A stretch of 64,000 nucleotides of DNA from a virus: positions 1 to 64,000 of the IMG/VR virus record IMGVR_UViG_3300040959_000769. One strand, given 5' to 3'. Below, piece after piece: positions 1 to 8,823 of the stretch. The notes under the pieces were generated by a model that was not told the DNA's origin, did no database searches, and saw only the letters and a list, made by a program, of their open reading frames with translations. Both the position numbers and the translations under genes were made by a program. The number at the start of each line of letters is the position of its first letter. Position 1 is the stretch's first letter.

Positions 1-1
1 A

Positions 2-628
2 AGGGTTGTCAACAATTCAGCGTATGAATATATGCCGATCCAGGCATTCAATAGCGCCAGTAGCGGGGGCGCAACTACTGGTGTGGCTTTCCATATCGCT
101 GGCCGTATGGCTCCAGTTATTAGAGCTTGGACGGGGGAAGGTACTGGACTTGATGTAGGTAATTTCAATGGTACTGGATATGAGTACATTGGTGCATCCT
201 CATTCCCTGTTCGATCTTCTGAACGGTACAAGAAAAATATTGCGGCTCAGCCGGATGAAGAGATCATCCCTAACTCTTTGTCACTCCTGTCCTGTAGGAC
301 CGTGAAATTTGATGACAACTATGACAGTGGATATTGGGATGAAGACGAGCAAACATGGAAAAGTTATGATGTTTGTGATTGCCCTGACTGCGAAGATTGC
401 CAAGCGGTAAAGAACAGTACACTTCAAAGCAAGCACTTCAATCGTAGAGGAATGATTGCAGAGGAGCTAGCCGAGGTATGCCCTCAGGCTGTTCACGTTG
501 ACGCAGAAGGCATCCCCAACGGAATTGACTACGCAGTACTCACCGTAGAACTACTCGACACCGTCAAACTTCTAGTCCTGCAATGCGAGAACCAAGAACG
601 TCGCATCGCAGAACTAGAAGCCCAATGA
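2..628 (+). CDS. Tail fibre/tailspike C-terminus with intramolecular chaperone (peptidase S74-like) domain; 5'-truncated
   Basis: RSSERYKKNI ... GMIAEELAEVCPQAV ... IDYAVL and C-terminal coiled coil (ERRIAELEAQ); frame is open back to the window edge. Confidence 0.8.
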   Translation, partial: RVVNNSAYEYMPIQAFNSASSGGATTGVAFHIAGRMAPVIRAWTGEGTGLDVGNFNGTGYEYIGASSFPVRSSERYKKNIAAQPDEEIIPNSLSLLSCRTVKFDDNYDSGYWDEDEQTWKSYDVCDCPDCEDCQAVKNSTLQSKHFNRRGMIAEELAEVCPQAVHVDAEGIPNGIDYAVLTVELLDTVKLLVLQCENQERRIAELEAQ

Positions 629-2557
629 TCAACGAATCGGGCAGGCACCCGTAGCGCACTCGTTCGGATCCAACTCCGTACCAGACGCATCAAGCACCAA
701 CGGCTGAGAGAAATCAACCTTCGCCAACATCGCCTCATAATCTTCCTTCGAGATTTCCTCGTAAGGGGCCAGAGGGAAGTTGTGGTCACTGTGCAGCAAG
801 AACGACACCGACTTCACGCCGTTCGTGTAATTCTCTGCAAGCCATTCCTTGATCTCCGGCAACTCTTCCTTGCGGTAATACACAGTCACCGACACAGCGT
901 TGTCAGCCCAATCGGTCTGCATCTTCTTCACCCACTCCAACTGCTCCACAGCAGTCATGTCAGCAGCCAAAACCGCGTTCTCAGGTGATTCGGCAGGGAA
1001 CTCGACCACATAACGGGTCTTGTCCTCTTGGCCATCAATGCCGACATCCCACTTGACGGGATAACCGCGACGACGACATGCCTCAACCAAAGGGTCAGCA
1101 GCACCGAAGCGGACACGACGAATGTAGTAACGGGCAAACGCCGGATGCACACCAGGAGTGTTGCCAGGCAACAAAGCCAACGTGCCAGAAGGCTGAACCG
1201 TGGTCAAACGCACACTCTCAGAAAAACCATTCTCCTTTGAGTACTTGGCATCCAACTCGCGCAACGCAACATACGTCGGGTCAAGCCATGACAACTGATC
1301 CTCAGTCGCCTGCAAAATGCCGGTAACCGACTGACCAAGACGAGCGTTCTTCTTCACGATCTTGTTCGTCTTCTCGTACGGATACTCCATCCGAGTGATC
1401 TGCTTCTGACACATGTACAACAGACGACTGATTTCTTTCATCTGCTCTTCCGAATCAATGTTCGGCAAGAAAATCGTCGCCAAGTTACAAGACTCACCAT
1501 CGCCAAGAGCAATCTCGGCGCAAGGGTTGTAACCCTCAATCGTGTTATCCGCACGACGCTCACCGAGACGACCATACTTCCGTGCAAGACCACGGTTCAC
1601 CAGACCGTAAGGCTCACCCGAACCGTCATAGCCATTCCAAACTTCCGGCATGATCTCATCCCACGAATCGGCATAGATCGAGTTGTTTGAGTTTGCACGC
1701 CACGCAGGAATCTGACCAGTCGCCCAGTTCTTGGCACGCAAGAACAACACGTCATCAGGGTCACCAATGGCGATCTGTGCAGAACGACGAGACGAACCCG
1801 ACACAACAATTCGCCCGATGATGTTGCAGATATCCAGAACATCAATTGAACGAAGCTTCTTGCCAACTCGGGCATCCATCACTTTGCAGATGTCCTCAAT
1901 GCCATCAATCAGAGCACCAGGACCTGACGCAGTACCACCGAACGTCTTCAACGGTGCGCCGAACTCACGGATCAGCATCGTGGAATACGAGAACGACTTG
2001 CCGGTGTAGAAGTACGACTTCAGCACGCTGTGCAGCATGCGCGACCAGCCATGACGCGAATCGGGAACAATGATGTCGGCGTCGTTGGTGCGCTCATGGG
2101 TGATGGAAACTCCAGCCTTCACCTTCGGAAGTTCATGAATCTTGGCTCGCTCCACGGAGAAGCCAACACCGCCACCGAGCATCAGGTGGTCAAAGAGGAA
2201 CTCAAAGTCTTCAACTTTTTCAATGTTGACGAAGTAGCAGTTGTTCAGCGACGCTGCGTTGAACTTCTGAACCAGAGGGGTGCCCAACTGCCACAAAGCG
2301 CGACCTGAGAACGAGCAACGCAGATTAAACATGTGGTCAAACAGTGTTTCTGCTTCTTCTTGGGTGTACGGAACACCAATTTCAACAGCGCCGTTGATCA
2401 CACGCTGAATGGTTTCTGGCCACATTTCGTTACGTCCGAGGTAGTCAATCGGGCGGCTATAGGTGCGGAGATACACGATCTCTCCTAAGCCGCCAAAACC
2501 CCAAGGAGCCTGCTTTGAGGCGTACTTAGCTACGTGGTCGTCAGTGATATACGTCAT
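629..2557 (-). CDS. nrdJ: Class II (adenosylcobalamin-dependent) monomeric ribonucleotide reductase, RTPR type
   Basis: NPCAEI active-site loop, TVQPSGT, LNNC, C-terminal CATGACPIR redox pair. Confidence 0.93.
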   Translation of the reverse strand: MTYITDDHVAKYASKQAPWGFGGLGEIVYLRTYSRPIDYLGRNEMWPETIQRVINGAVEIGVPYTQEEAETLFDHMFNLRCSFSGRALWQLGTPLVQKFNAASLNNCYFVNIEKVEDFEFLFDHLMLGGGVGFSVERAKIHELPKVKAGVSITHERTNDADIIVPDSRHGWSRMLHSVLKSYFYTGKSFSYSTMLIREFGAPLKTFGGTASGPGALIDGIEDICKVMDARVGKKLRSIDVLDICNIIGRIVVSGSSRRSAQIAIGDPDDVLFLRAKNWATGQIPAWRANSNNSIYADSWDEIMPEVWNGYDGSGEPYGLVNRGLARKYGRLGERRADNTIEGYNPCAEIALGDGESCNLATIFLPNIDSEEQMKEISRLLYMCQKQITRMEYPYEKTNKIVKKNARLGQSVTGILQATEDQLSWLDPTYVALRELDAKYSKENGFSESVRLTTVQPSGTLALLPGNTPGVHPAFARYYIRRVRFGAADPLVEACRRRGYPVKWDVGIDGQEDKTRYVVEFPAESPENAVLAADMTAVEQLEWVKKMQTDWADNAVSVTVYYRKEELPEIKEWLAENYTNGVKSVSFLLHSDHNFPLAPYEEISKEDYEAMLAKVDFSQPLVLDASGTELDPNECATGACPIR

Positions 2558-2592
2558 TTTTTCTTTCCCCTGAGCCGGAATTAGTTGGTAAT

Positions 2593-2922
2593 TTAGATAA
2601 GCCCCAGCTCGCGTGCCTTGCTGAGTGGAATTTGTGACCCAGCGGCAGCGGCTAAAACTTTTGCTTTCGTAAACGGAGTGATTTGACGTTCGACTATTAC
2701 ATCTTGGTCAACGTGAATTGTTTGCTCGTCTTCCATTGACGGAACGTCGCCAAGCCCCCAGATTTTCACTGGTGGCCCGGAGTCACCGGGGCAATCCCCG
2801 TTTGGGTCTCCGCATACAGGGCACGGGTTTCTATCAGCACTAAGCAGGCGGGCACCCGCAACGTGTGTTTCGGTACGTCCGAAACTGAAATCCGCATCCA
2901 TTAGAAGATGGTACACCATCAC
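2593..2922 (-). CDS. Hypothetical protein with CPVCGDPNGDC motif
   Basis: 109-aa ORF in the same orientation as RNR; Cys cluster. Confidence 0.6.
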   Translation of the reverse strand: MMVYHLLMDADFSFGRTETHVAGARLLSADRNPCPVCGDPNGDCPGDSGPPVKIWGLGDVPSMEDEQTIHVDQDVIVERQITPFTKAKVLAAAAGSQIPLSKARELGLI

Positions 2923-2960
2923 TGTGGGTGGGGTCAGTCACAAATCGCATGAAAAACACA

Positions 2961-2984
2961 AAAGGCACCCTTTTCAGGGTGCCA
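2961..2984. terminator. Hairpin, probable intrinsic terminator
   Basis: GGCACCC-TTTTCA-GGGTGCC between minus-strand genes, with an A-run on the left. Confidence 0.55.
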
Positions 2985-3006
2985 ATTGCGTGAACTTTTC
3001 GTTCAG

Positions 3007-3315
3007 TCAGAGCGAGATGTCTGAAGGAGAGGTGACCGAGGTCGTCTTCAGAGTGAATTCGCTTTCAGCAGGAATCCGGTAGCGATCCTCACTCTGAAGA
3101 GCACGGTACTCAGCCTCCATAAGGGCTTCGTACTCTGCGGCATAACGATCCTGAAGGACAGCATGAGCACGACGTCGCGCCTCGTTGCGGAGACGATTCT
3201 TGACCTTCGCCACTTCTGCCCTATGTTGACGTTGCTGCGGAGTCAGCGTCGCTGGGCGACCACGACGGATCCCCTTCTTTGAAGCCGACAACTTCTGAAA
3301 CTCTGTAATTTCCAT
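3007..3315 (-). CDS. Hypothetical basic protein
   Basis: 102-aa ORF with SD-like AAAGGGG upstream; RRGRP motif. Confidence 0.65.
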   Translation of the reverse strand: MEITEFQKLSASKKGIRRGRPATLTPQQRQHRAEVAKVKNRLRNEARRRAHAVLQDRYAAEYEALMEAEYRALQSEDRYRIPAESEFTLKTTSVTSPSDISL

Positions 3316-3415
3316 GTTAGCCCCTTTCGTGAGCTAGTTGTTTGTTAGTTACTGCGCGTCGGAGCGCAATCAGGAATCTAACCCTCGTATCAAAGACTGA
3401 CAACCTCTGCGTCAA

Positions 3416-3455
3416 AAAAAAATTCTTGACACATCCGACCAAACACCTGTACATT
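3416..3455 (+). promoter_or_regulatory. Sigma70/SigA-type promoter with upstream A-tract
   Basis: A-tract, TTGACA (3426-3431), 18 nt, TACATT (3450-3455). Confidence 0.6.
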
Positions 3456-3479
3456 CTGTCCAACACACGAAGGGAACGC

Positions 3480-3833
3480 ATGTTTGATTTCATAGAGCAA
3501 CAAGATTTTGAGCCACTAACCGAGGAAACCGCAACGTTCCTAGTGGAACTGGCGATCGACTTAAAGACTCAAGCCGCCGAGTTACCAGAACAGTTCAGGG
3601 CAACGTCAGAGATTGCAAGCAACAACCTCATGAGGTTGACAGCGATGACAATGGCTGGCTACCACTTATACGAAGAGTTCCGGAACCACGCGGCAAACCT
3701 CTGCGACGACCTCAAAACCACAATTACGGTTCTTGAAAAGGTTCGACCAGAATCAGCAGCAATCATCAGTCACGGCGCTTTGCGCCAATACGAAAGTTAC
3801 ATGGAGAGCAACGACAATGAGCAAAATATTTGA
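3480..3833 (+). CDS. Hypothetical protein
   Basis: ATG after GAAGGGA; coupled to downstream ORFs. Confidence 0.65.
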   Translation: MFDFIEQQDFEPLTEETATFLVELAIDLKTQAAELPEQFRATSEIASNNLMRLTAMTMAGYHLYEEFRNHAANLCDDLKTTITVLEKVRPESAAIISHGALRQYESYMESNDNEQNI

Positions 3834-4008
3834 CCAAGACGAAAAAGAAGGAAGCAGTTACCTGCTGGGAGTCCTTGAAACGGACGGTCTGCAAATCCTC
3901 GTTGAGGTTTTCCCTGACGGTCAACTCCACGTCGCCACTCGTGAACATTCACACGAAACATGGTCACCTGGGGCGTGGTCAATCATCAAAGAGGTTGAAT
4001 TTAAATGA
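3817..4008 (+). CDS. Hypothetical protein
   Basis: Overlapping start/stop within the operon. Confidence 0.55.
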   Translation: MSKIFDQDEKEGSSYLLGVLETDGLQILVEVFPDGQLHVATREHSHETWSPGAWSIIKEVEFK

Positions 4009-4319
4009 CCAACAACGAAGAAGTGAAAACAAAAGACAAGCGAATTGAAGAACTTCGGGGGCTTACCCACATATCTATCTCCAAGGCAATGCAAATGGGA
4101 GACCTGAACGACATTGCCGACAACATTCTTGATGAAATAGTCCGCCGTATCAAACAAACGACTCCGTTGAATAATTACAAAGAGGTTGCCTTGATCGTCA
4201 AATCTCTTGACGAAAAAGGATTTTTCGAACTCCGAGAATCGGTAAACAAAACAGCGAAAGCTCTTCGTGTATCAAGAGTCACTGTTTACAACCACCTGAA
4301 TGCTAAATATGGAAAGTGA
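4005..4319 (+). CDS. HTH protein resembling the C-terminal HTH of YheO/DauR regulators
   Basis: LIVKSLDEKGFFELRESVNKTAKALRVSRVTVYNHL. Confidence 0.7.
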   Translation: MTNNEEVKTKDKRIEELRGLTHISISKAMQMGDLNDIADNILDEIVRRIKQTTPLNNYKEVALIVKSLDEKGFFELRESVNKTAKALRVSRVTVYNHLNAKYGK

Positions 4320-4599
4320 AAACACTACCCCGCACGACGTTGCAGAAGAACTTCGATTCTTTGCCGACTTGCAAGGGAAAGGAACAGTCAACGTTGATCT
4401 ATCTCCACAGTACCTAGATGAAATCGCTGACCTGATTGACGAGTTGGCAACAGATTCAATAACGATTCACTTGGGAGAGCACGAAGATCCGCTCACAATC
4501 AACGGAGAATACGCAACCCAGATCATTGAACTTGCAGTTACTATGTTTGTAAATAGTGCTTTAAAAAAGCAAGTTGACGAAATGCTCAACAGGCGATAA
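4309..4599 (+). CDS. Hypothetical protein
   Basis: 96-aa ORF in the operon. Confidence 0.6.
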   Translation: MESENTTPHDVAEELRFFADLQGKGTVNVDLSPQYLDEIADLIDELATDSITIHLGEHEDPLTINGEYATQIIELAVTMFVNSALKKQVDEMLNRR

Positions 4600-4631
4600 A
4601 GTCACAACCCCGACCTACTACAAGGAGAACC

Positions 4632-5054
4632 ATGACACCCGAAGAAATAAACACCGAATTCAAAAAGCAGTTCCACGAAGACCCCGAGAACCGATCAACA
4701 CACGCAGAAATACTCCGCGCACGATTCGTCTTACTATCAAACCCCACCGAAGACCACGGAAAAATTCTTCGAAAATACAACGTCTTGGATCACGTCATCC
4801 AGATGCTCGTCGGGGAACTACCCACCCACGAGCCGAAGAAAAAACGATCCGACAAATACGACGACCTTATTTCGTGGTGCAAAGAAAATCACCTAGTCCA
4901 AGTCAGTGCTGAAGAAGTAGCCGAACAGGGAGACATCTCATACGCAACTGCTTTAAAGTTCATCAAAGATCGTCCTGACCTCTTCTTCAAAGTAAAGAAA
5001 GGTTTGTACGAATTGAGAGATCCCGAAACAGTAAGAAAAGAAGAAAACGTCTAG
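4632..5054 (+). CDS. Hypothetical protein, possible winged HTH
   Basis: Strong SD AAGGAG; VAEQGDISYATALKFI helix pattern. Confidence 0.65.
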   Translation: MTPEEINTEFKKQFHEDPENRSTHAEILRARFVLLSNPTEDHGKILRKYNVLDHVIQMLVGELPTHEPKKKRSDKYDDLISWCKENHLVQVSAEEVAEQGDISYATALKFIKDRPDLFFKVKKGLYELRDPETVRKEENV

Positions 5055-5070
5055 CCACAAAGGGGGGCAC

Positions 5071-5352
5071 ATGTTTAACAAATTCGGATGGGTTGAAGAT
5101 GCAAATTGCAAAGACGCACCCACAAATCTCTTCTTCCCCAGCGAAGAAATCCCAAATCCTGCTGCATACAGAGCGTCAGCGCAAAAAGCACGCGAATACT
5201 GCGAAATGTGCTCAGTCCAGCAACAATGCTTGGACTATGCTCTGCGAAACGAAACCGTTGGAATCTGGGGCGGAATGACCGCTCGTCAACGTCAGAAAGA
5301 GCGAACACGAAGAGACATGAAGATTACGAGTGACGGCAGGTTCATGTCATGA
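5071..5352 (+). CDS. whiB: WhiB-family Fe-S transcription factor
   Basis: Four Cys (ANC..CEMC..C), LFFP, GIWGGMT turn, basic tail. Confidence 0.92.
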   Translation: MFNKFGWVEDANCKDAPTNLFFPSEEIPNPAAYRASAQKAREYCEMCSVQQQCLDYALRNETVGIWGGMTARQRQKERTRRDMKITSDGRFMS

Positions 5353-6038
5353 GCGAAAAAATCATCAACCTTCCAGGTGGTGGATTTGTCTCTCTAGACA
5401 GCCACAATGCTGACGACCTCAGCGTAGTGAACAGTGCTCGAGTTTCGTTCGGCAAAAAAGTTGACCAAATGACTTCAGCAGAAGAAGGACTGATCAACTT
5501 CCTGATGCGAGAGCACCACGGTACGCCGTTTGAACACAACATGTTCCGCTTTCACGTGCAAGTACCCATCTTCGTGGCTCGTGAATGGTTCCGACATAGA
5601 ATCGGATGGTCTTATAACGAACTATCAGGACGCTACAGCAAACTTGAAGAGCAGTTCTGGGTGCCAGAAGAAAACGACGTACGTACCCAAGTTGGGAAAC
5701 CCGGTGCGTACACCTTTGAACCTGTAGATCCCTCAGTTGCGCAAGATACAAGAGAAACAATCAAAAACGTTGCAGGAGGAGCATGGCGTTCCTACAACTA
5801 TCTCGTAGAGCTTGGGGTCGCTAAAGAAGTTGCCCGCTCTATTCTTCCGTTGAACCTGCTTACAGAGTTCTACGCAACCTGCAACGCACGCTCATTGATG
5901 TCGTTCCTCACGCTACGCGCAGAGAAAAACGCTCAACTTGAAATTCAACGTGCAGCGTACGCCACCGAAGAGTTCTTCAAAGAGATCATGCCAGTGACCC
6001 ACAAAGCGTTTGAGGAGAACGGTAGGATTGCCCCGTGA
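5349..6038 (+). CDS. thyX: Flavin-dependent thymidylate synthase
   Basis: HGTPFEH, RHRIGWSYNELSGRYS signature, NARSLMSFLTLR, AQLEI. Confidence 0.95.
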   Translation: MSEKIINLPGGGFVSLDSHNADDLSVVNSARVSFGKKVDQMTSAEEGLINFLMREHHGTPFEHNMFRFHVQVPIFVAREWFRHRIGWSYNELSGRYSKLEEQFWVPEENDVRTQVGKPGAYTFEPVDPSVAQDTRETIKNVAGGAWRSYNYLVELGVAKEVARSILPLNLLTEFYATCNARSLMSFLTLRAEKNAQLEIQRAAYATEEFFKEIMPVTHKAFEENGRIAP

Positions 6039-7825
6039 GCGGGGGAACATATGTATCACCAGAGGTAGACAACTTCCTGTCCAAGTTAGAAGGCGTAAAG
6101 AAAAACGGATCTAACTGGTCGGCACGCTGCCCTTGTCGATACGACGACGACAACCCCTCCCTTTCCATAGGTCAAGGCAAAGACGGACGAGTCTTAGTGA
6201 CATGCCACCGTGGCTCCGGATGTGACGTCAATCAAATCTGTGACGCAATGGAAATCACAGTCGGTGACCTCATGCCTCCGAACGACTCCGAACCGACACC
6301 GCATGCGGAACGACGAGTAAAACGAAACGATCCCGTAGTGTCGCCTTCAACCACAAAGAAGAAGGCAAAACTTGATCTTGTAGCCACATACGACTACACG
6401 GACGCTGACGGCAACGTCACATTCCAGAAGCAACGTTTCGTTGATAAAGACACAGGCAAGAAGACATTTCGCCAGCGTCGTAAAACAGAAGACGGCGAAT
6501 GGGTTTACAACCTTGACGGAGTAGACCAAGTTCTCTACAACCTCCCTGAAGTACTTCAAGGAGTCAAAGACGGCAAAAACATCGTCGTCGTAGAAGGCGA
6601 AAAAGACGTTGAAACATTGCGCTCACTTGGACGCATCGCAACAACCATGCCTGGCGGAGCAGGAAAGTGGCGAGAAAACCACACCGAAGCTCTCCGAGGC
6701 GCAAACGTCATCGTTATTTCCGACAATGACGAAGTCGGCAAAGAACACGCTCAACACGTTCGCGCCAGCCTGACCGAAGCAGGATGCGTCGTTCGCCTCA
6801 TGATCCCTGATGGCGTCAAAGACGTCACCGATCTCATTGAGTCCGGTGGGACAATCAAAGAACTACGCGACTTTGAAGAAGGTCTTGACTCTCACGAAAG
6901 CAAAGAAGAACAAGAAGACACCAAGTTTGATGACGCTCTAACCAAGATTGAAAAAATCTTTGAACGTGACGACATATCCGACCACGTCAAGATGCTTCGA
7001 GCAGGAAACGTCATTCTTGACCTCGGCGCAACAACTAAAGCACGTCCCACAGGGCGACTCATCAAATGGTCGGACTTTGTAAACGAAGACGTTGACGACA
7101 ATTACGACTGGCTTATCCCCGACGTTCTTGAACGAGGAGAAAGAGTCATGGTCGTAGCAGCAGAAGGTGTCGGCAAAACGATGCTGGGGCGACAGGTTGC
7201 TCTCTGTTCCGCAGCAGGCATCAACCCATTTACCTATGAGCGAATGAAGCCCATTACAACCCTGATGGTTGACCTTGAGAACCCTCAGCGAATTATTAAA
7301 CGCACGTCAATTGACATAGAGAGAAAAGCCCAACACTACGGCTGGTGCGAAGATCCACAATCATTCCTTCTGTCAAAAGCCGACGGTCTTGATCTTCTGA
7401 AGTCAAGCGACCGCGAATACCTTGAAGAAAACATTGAGGCGATCAAACCAGATCTCCTACTCCTTGGCCCTGTCTACAAATCATTCGTAGATCCAGGAGG
7501 AAGAACTTCAGAAGCAATCGCTATTGAAGTAGCCAAATATTTTGACTCGCTAAGAGAATGGTTCAACTGCGCCATGTGGTTTGAACACCACGCCCCACTA
7601 GGAAGCGCCATGTCTTCACGAGATCTGCGACCCTTCGGATCTGCTGTATGGTCACGGTGGCCAGAGTTCGGTTTAAGCCTGCAACCCGACCCGACAGCAA
7701 CATCAGGCTATGTTTATGAAGTGAAACATTTCCGTGGTGCTCGTGACCAACGCAAGTTCCCAACTAAAATGATACGAGGGAAAACCTTCCCATTTGAAGT
7801 TATTGAATTTGCATCGGTTGACTAA
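6035..7825 (+). CDS. DNA primase-helicase (Zn-binding + TOPRIM + RecA-like AAA domain)
   Basis: ARCPC..D..PSLSI..CHRG-C; VVVEGEKD; SDNDEVG; Walker A AAEGVGKT. Confidence 0.9.
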   Translation: MSGGTYVSPEVDNFLSKLEGVKKNGSNWSARCPCRYDDDNPSLSIGQGKDGRVLVTCHRGSGCDVNQICDAMEITVGDLMPPNDSEPTPHAERRVKRNDPVVSPSTTKKKAKLDLVATYDYTDADGNVTFQKQRFVDKDTGKKTFRQRRKTEDGEWVYNLDGVDQVLYNLPEVLQGVKDGKNIVVVEGEKDVETLRSLGRIATTMPGGAGKWRENHTEALRGANVIVISDNDEVGKEHAQHVRASLTEAGCVVRLMIPDGVKDVTDLIESGGTIKELRDFEEGLDSHESKEEQEDTKFDDALTKIEKIFERDDISDHVKMLRAGNVILDLGATTKARPTGRLIKWSDFVNEDVDDNYDWLIPDVLERGERVMVVAAEGVGKTMLGRQVALCSAAGINPFTYERMKPITTLMVDLENPQRIIKRTSIDIERKAQHYGWCEDPQSFLLSKADGLDLLKSSDREYLEENIEAIKPDLLLLGPVYKSFVDPGGRTSEAIAIEVAKYFDSLREWFNCAMWFEHHAPLGSAMSSRDLRPFGSAVWSRWPEFGLSLQPDPTATSGYVYEVKHFRGARDQRKFPTKMIRGKTFPFEVIEFASVD

Positions 7826-7826
7826 T

Positions 7827-8480
7827 ATGGCGTCACAATCCGGCTTGACTAAAGAATTTCTCGCAGAACGCGATGTTCGCATTTTTAAAATGCGTCAGGC
7901 TGGCGTATCCCCAAGCGAAATCGGTCGTCGTTTCAACATCAGCACCCAAGCGGTCAACGCTGCAATCAGACGCCAACTTGAGAAACTCAACAGGGAAGCG
8001 CTTATGGCGTACCCAGAGGTTCTCAGGATGGAACTTGAACGACTTGATGCGTTACAGCAATCAATTTGGCCATTAACTCAGCATCGCAAAATCCGAACCG
8101 ACGACGGAACAGAAGTCGCTGTCGAACCAGATCTAAAAGCAATCCAACAGGTTCTTTCAATTATGGACAGGCGTTCAAAACTGCTCGGCATGGAGCAGAA
8201 CAACGTGAACATCCAGGTGGAACAAGTTGAACCACAACGCGCTGTTCTCGCTGGAGCACAAGCAGAAGCAATTGCAGCGGACGCATTTGAACCAGAAAAA
8301 GAAGCAAAACAGCTCTTGGAACTTATGGGTAATGCTGGGGTGCTACCCCCAGAGATGATTTCGCAACTACTATCTTCTGAACCAGCGAAAGAACTAGAAC
8401 CGGCACAACCGGAACCAGAAGACAACGAAACAGAAGTCCTACAAGCAGAAGTAATCTACTTCCCGCAAGACCCGGAGTGA
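7827..8480 (+). CDS. HTH protein, terminase small subunit-like
   Basis: N-terminal HTH then ELERLDALQQSIW...AIQQVLSIMDRRSKLLG pattern common in actinophage TerS-like genes; no TerL in window. Confidence 0.55.
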   Translation: MASQSGLTKEFLAERDVRIFKMRQAGVSPSEIGRRFNISTQAVNAAIRRQLEKLNREALMAYPEVLRMELERLDALQQSIWPLTQHRKIRTDDGTEVAVEPDLKAIQQVLSIMDRRSKLLGMEQNNVNIQVEQVEPQRAVLAGAQAEAIAADAFEPEKEAKQLLELMGNAGVLPPEMISQLLSSEPAKELEPAQPEPEDNETEVLQAEVIYFPQDPE

Positions 8481-8806
8481 AAATGGTTCAAAAAGAAACC
8501 ACCGACGACAACATTGAAGCAGCGATGAATCATGTTGCCGACACGCTGGAGCCAACACGCTCACCGAACACAAACACCGAAGAAGGCAAAACCGCCAACA
8601 AACAGGTGATTGTTCGAGCAACTGAAGAAGATCACGAACGCTGGAAACAAGCCGCCGCAGCAGAATCAATCTCGTTGAGCGAATTCATTCGCAACTGCTG
8701 CAATAAAGCCGCCGGGAACATCCTTGAATGCAATCATCCCATTCAAATGCGCAAAACATACCCGTGGTCCGAAAGGTGTTTATCCTGCGGTAAACGGCTG
8801 CGCTGA
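8477..8806 (+). CDS. Ribbon-helix-helix DNA-binding protein with C-terminal Cys/His motif
   Basis: VIVRATEEDHERWKQAAAAESISLSEFIR; CNH...CLSCG. Confidence 0.7.
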   Translation: MKMVQKETTDDNIEAAMNHVADTLEPTRSPNTNTEEGKTANKQVIVRATEEDHERWKQAAAAESISLSEFIRNCCNKAAGNILECNHPIQMRKTYPWSERCLSCGKRLR

Positions 8807-8823
8807 TGTGAGAAAATAGCCTA

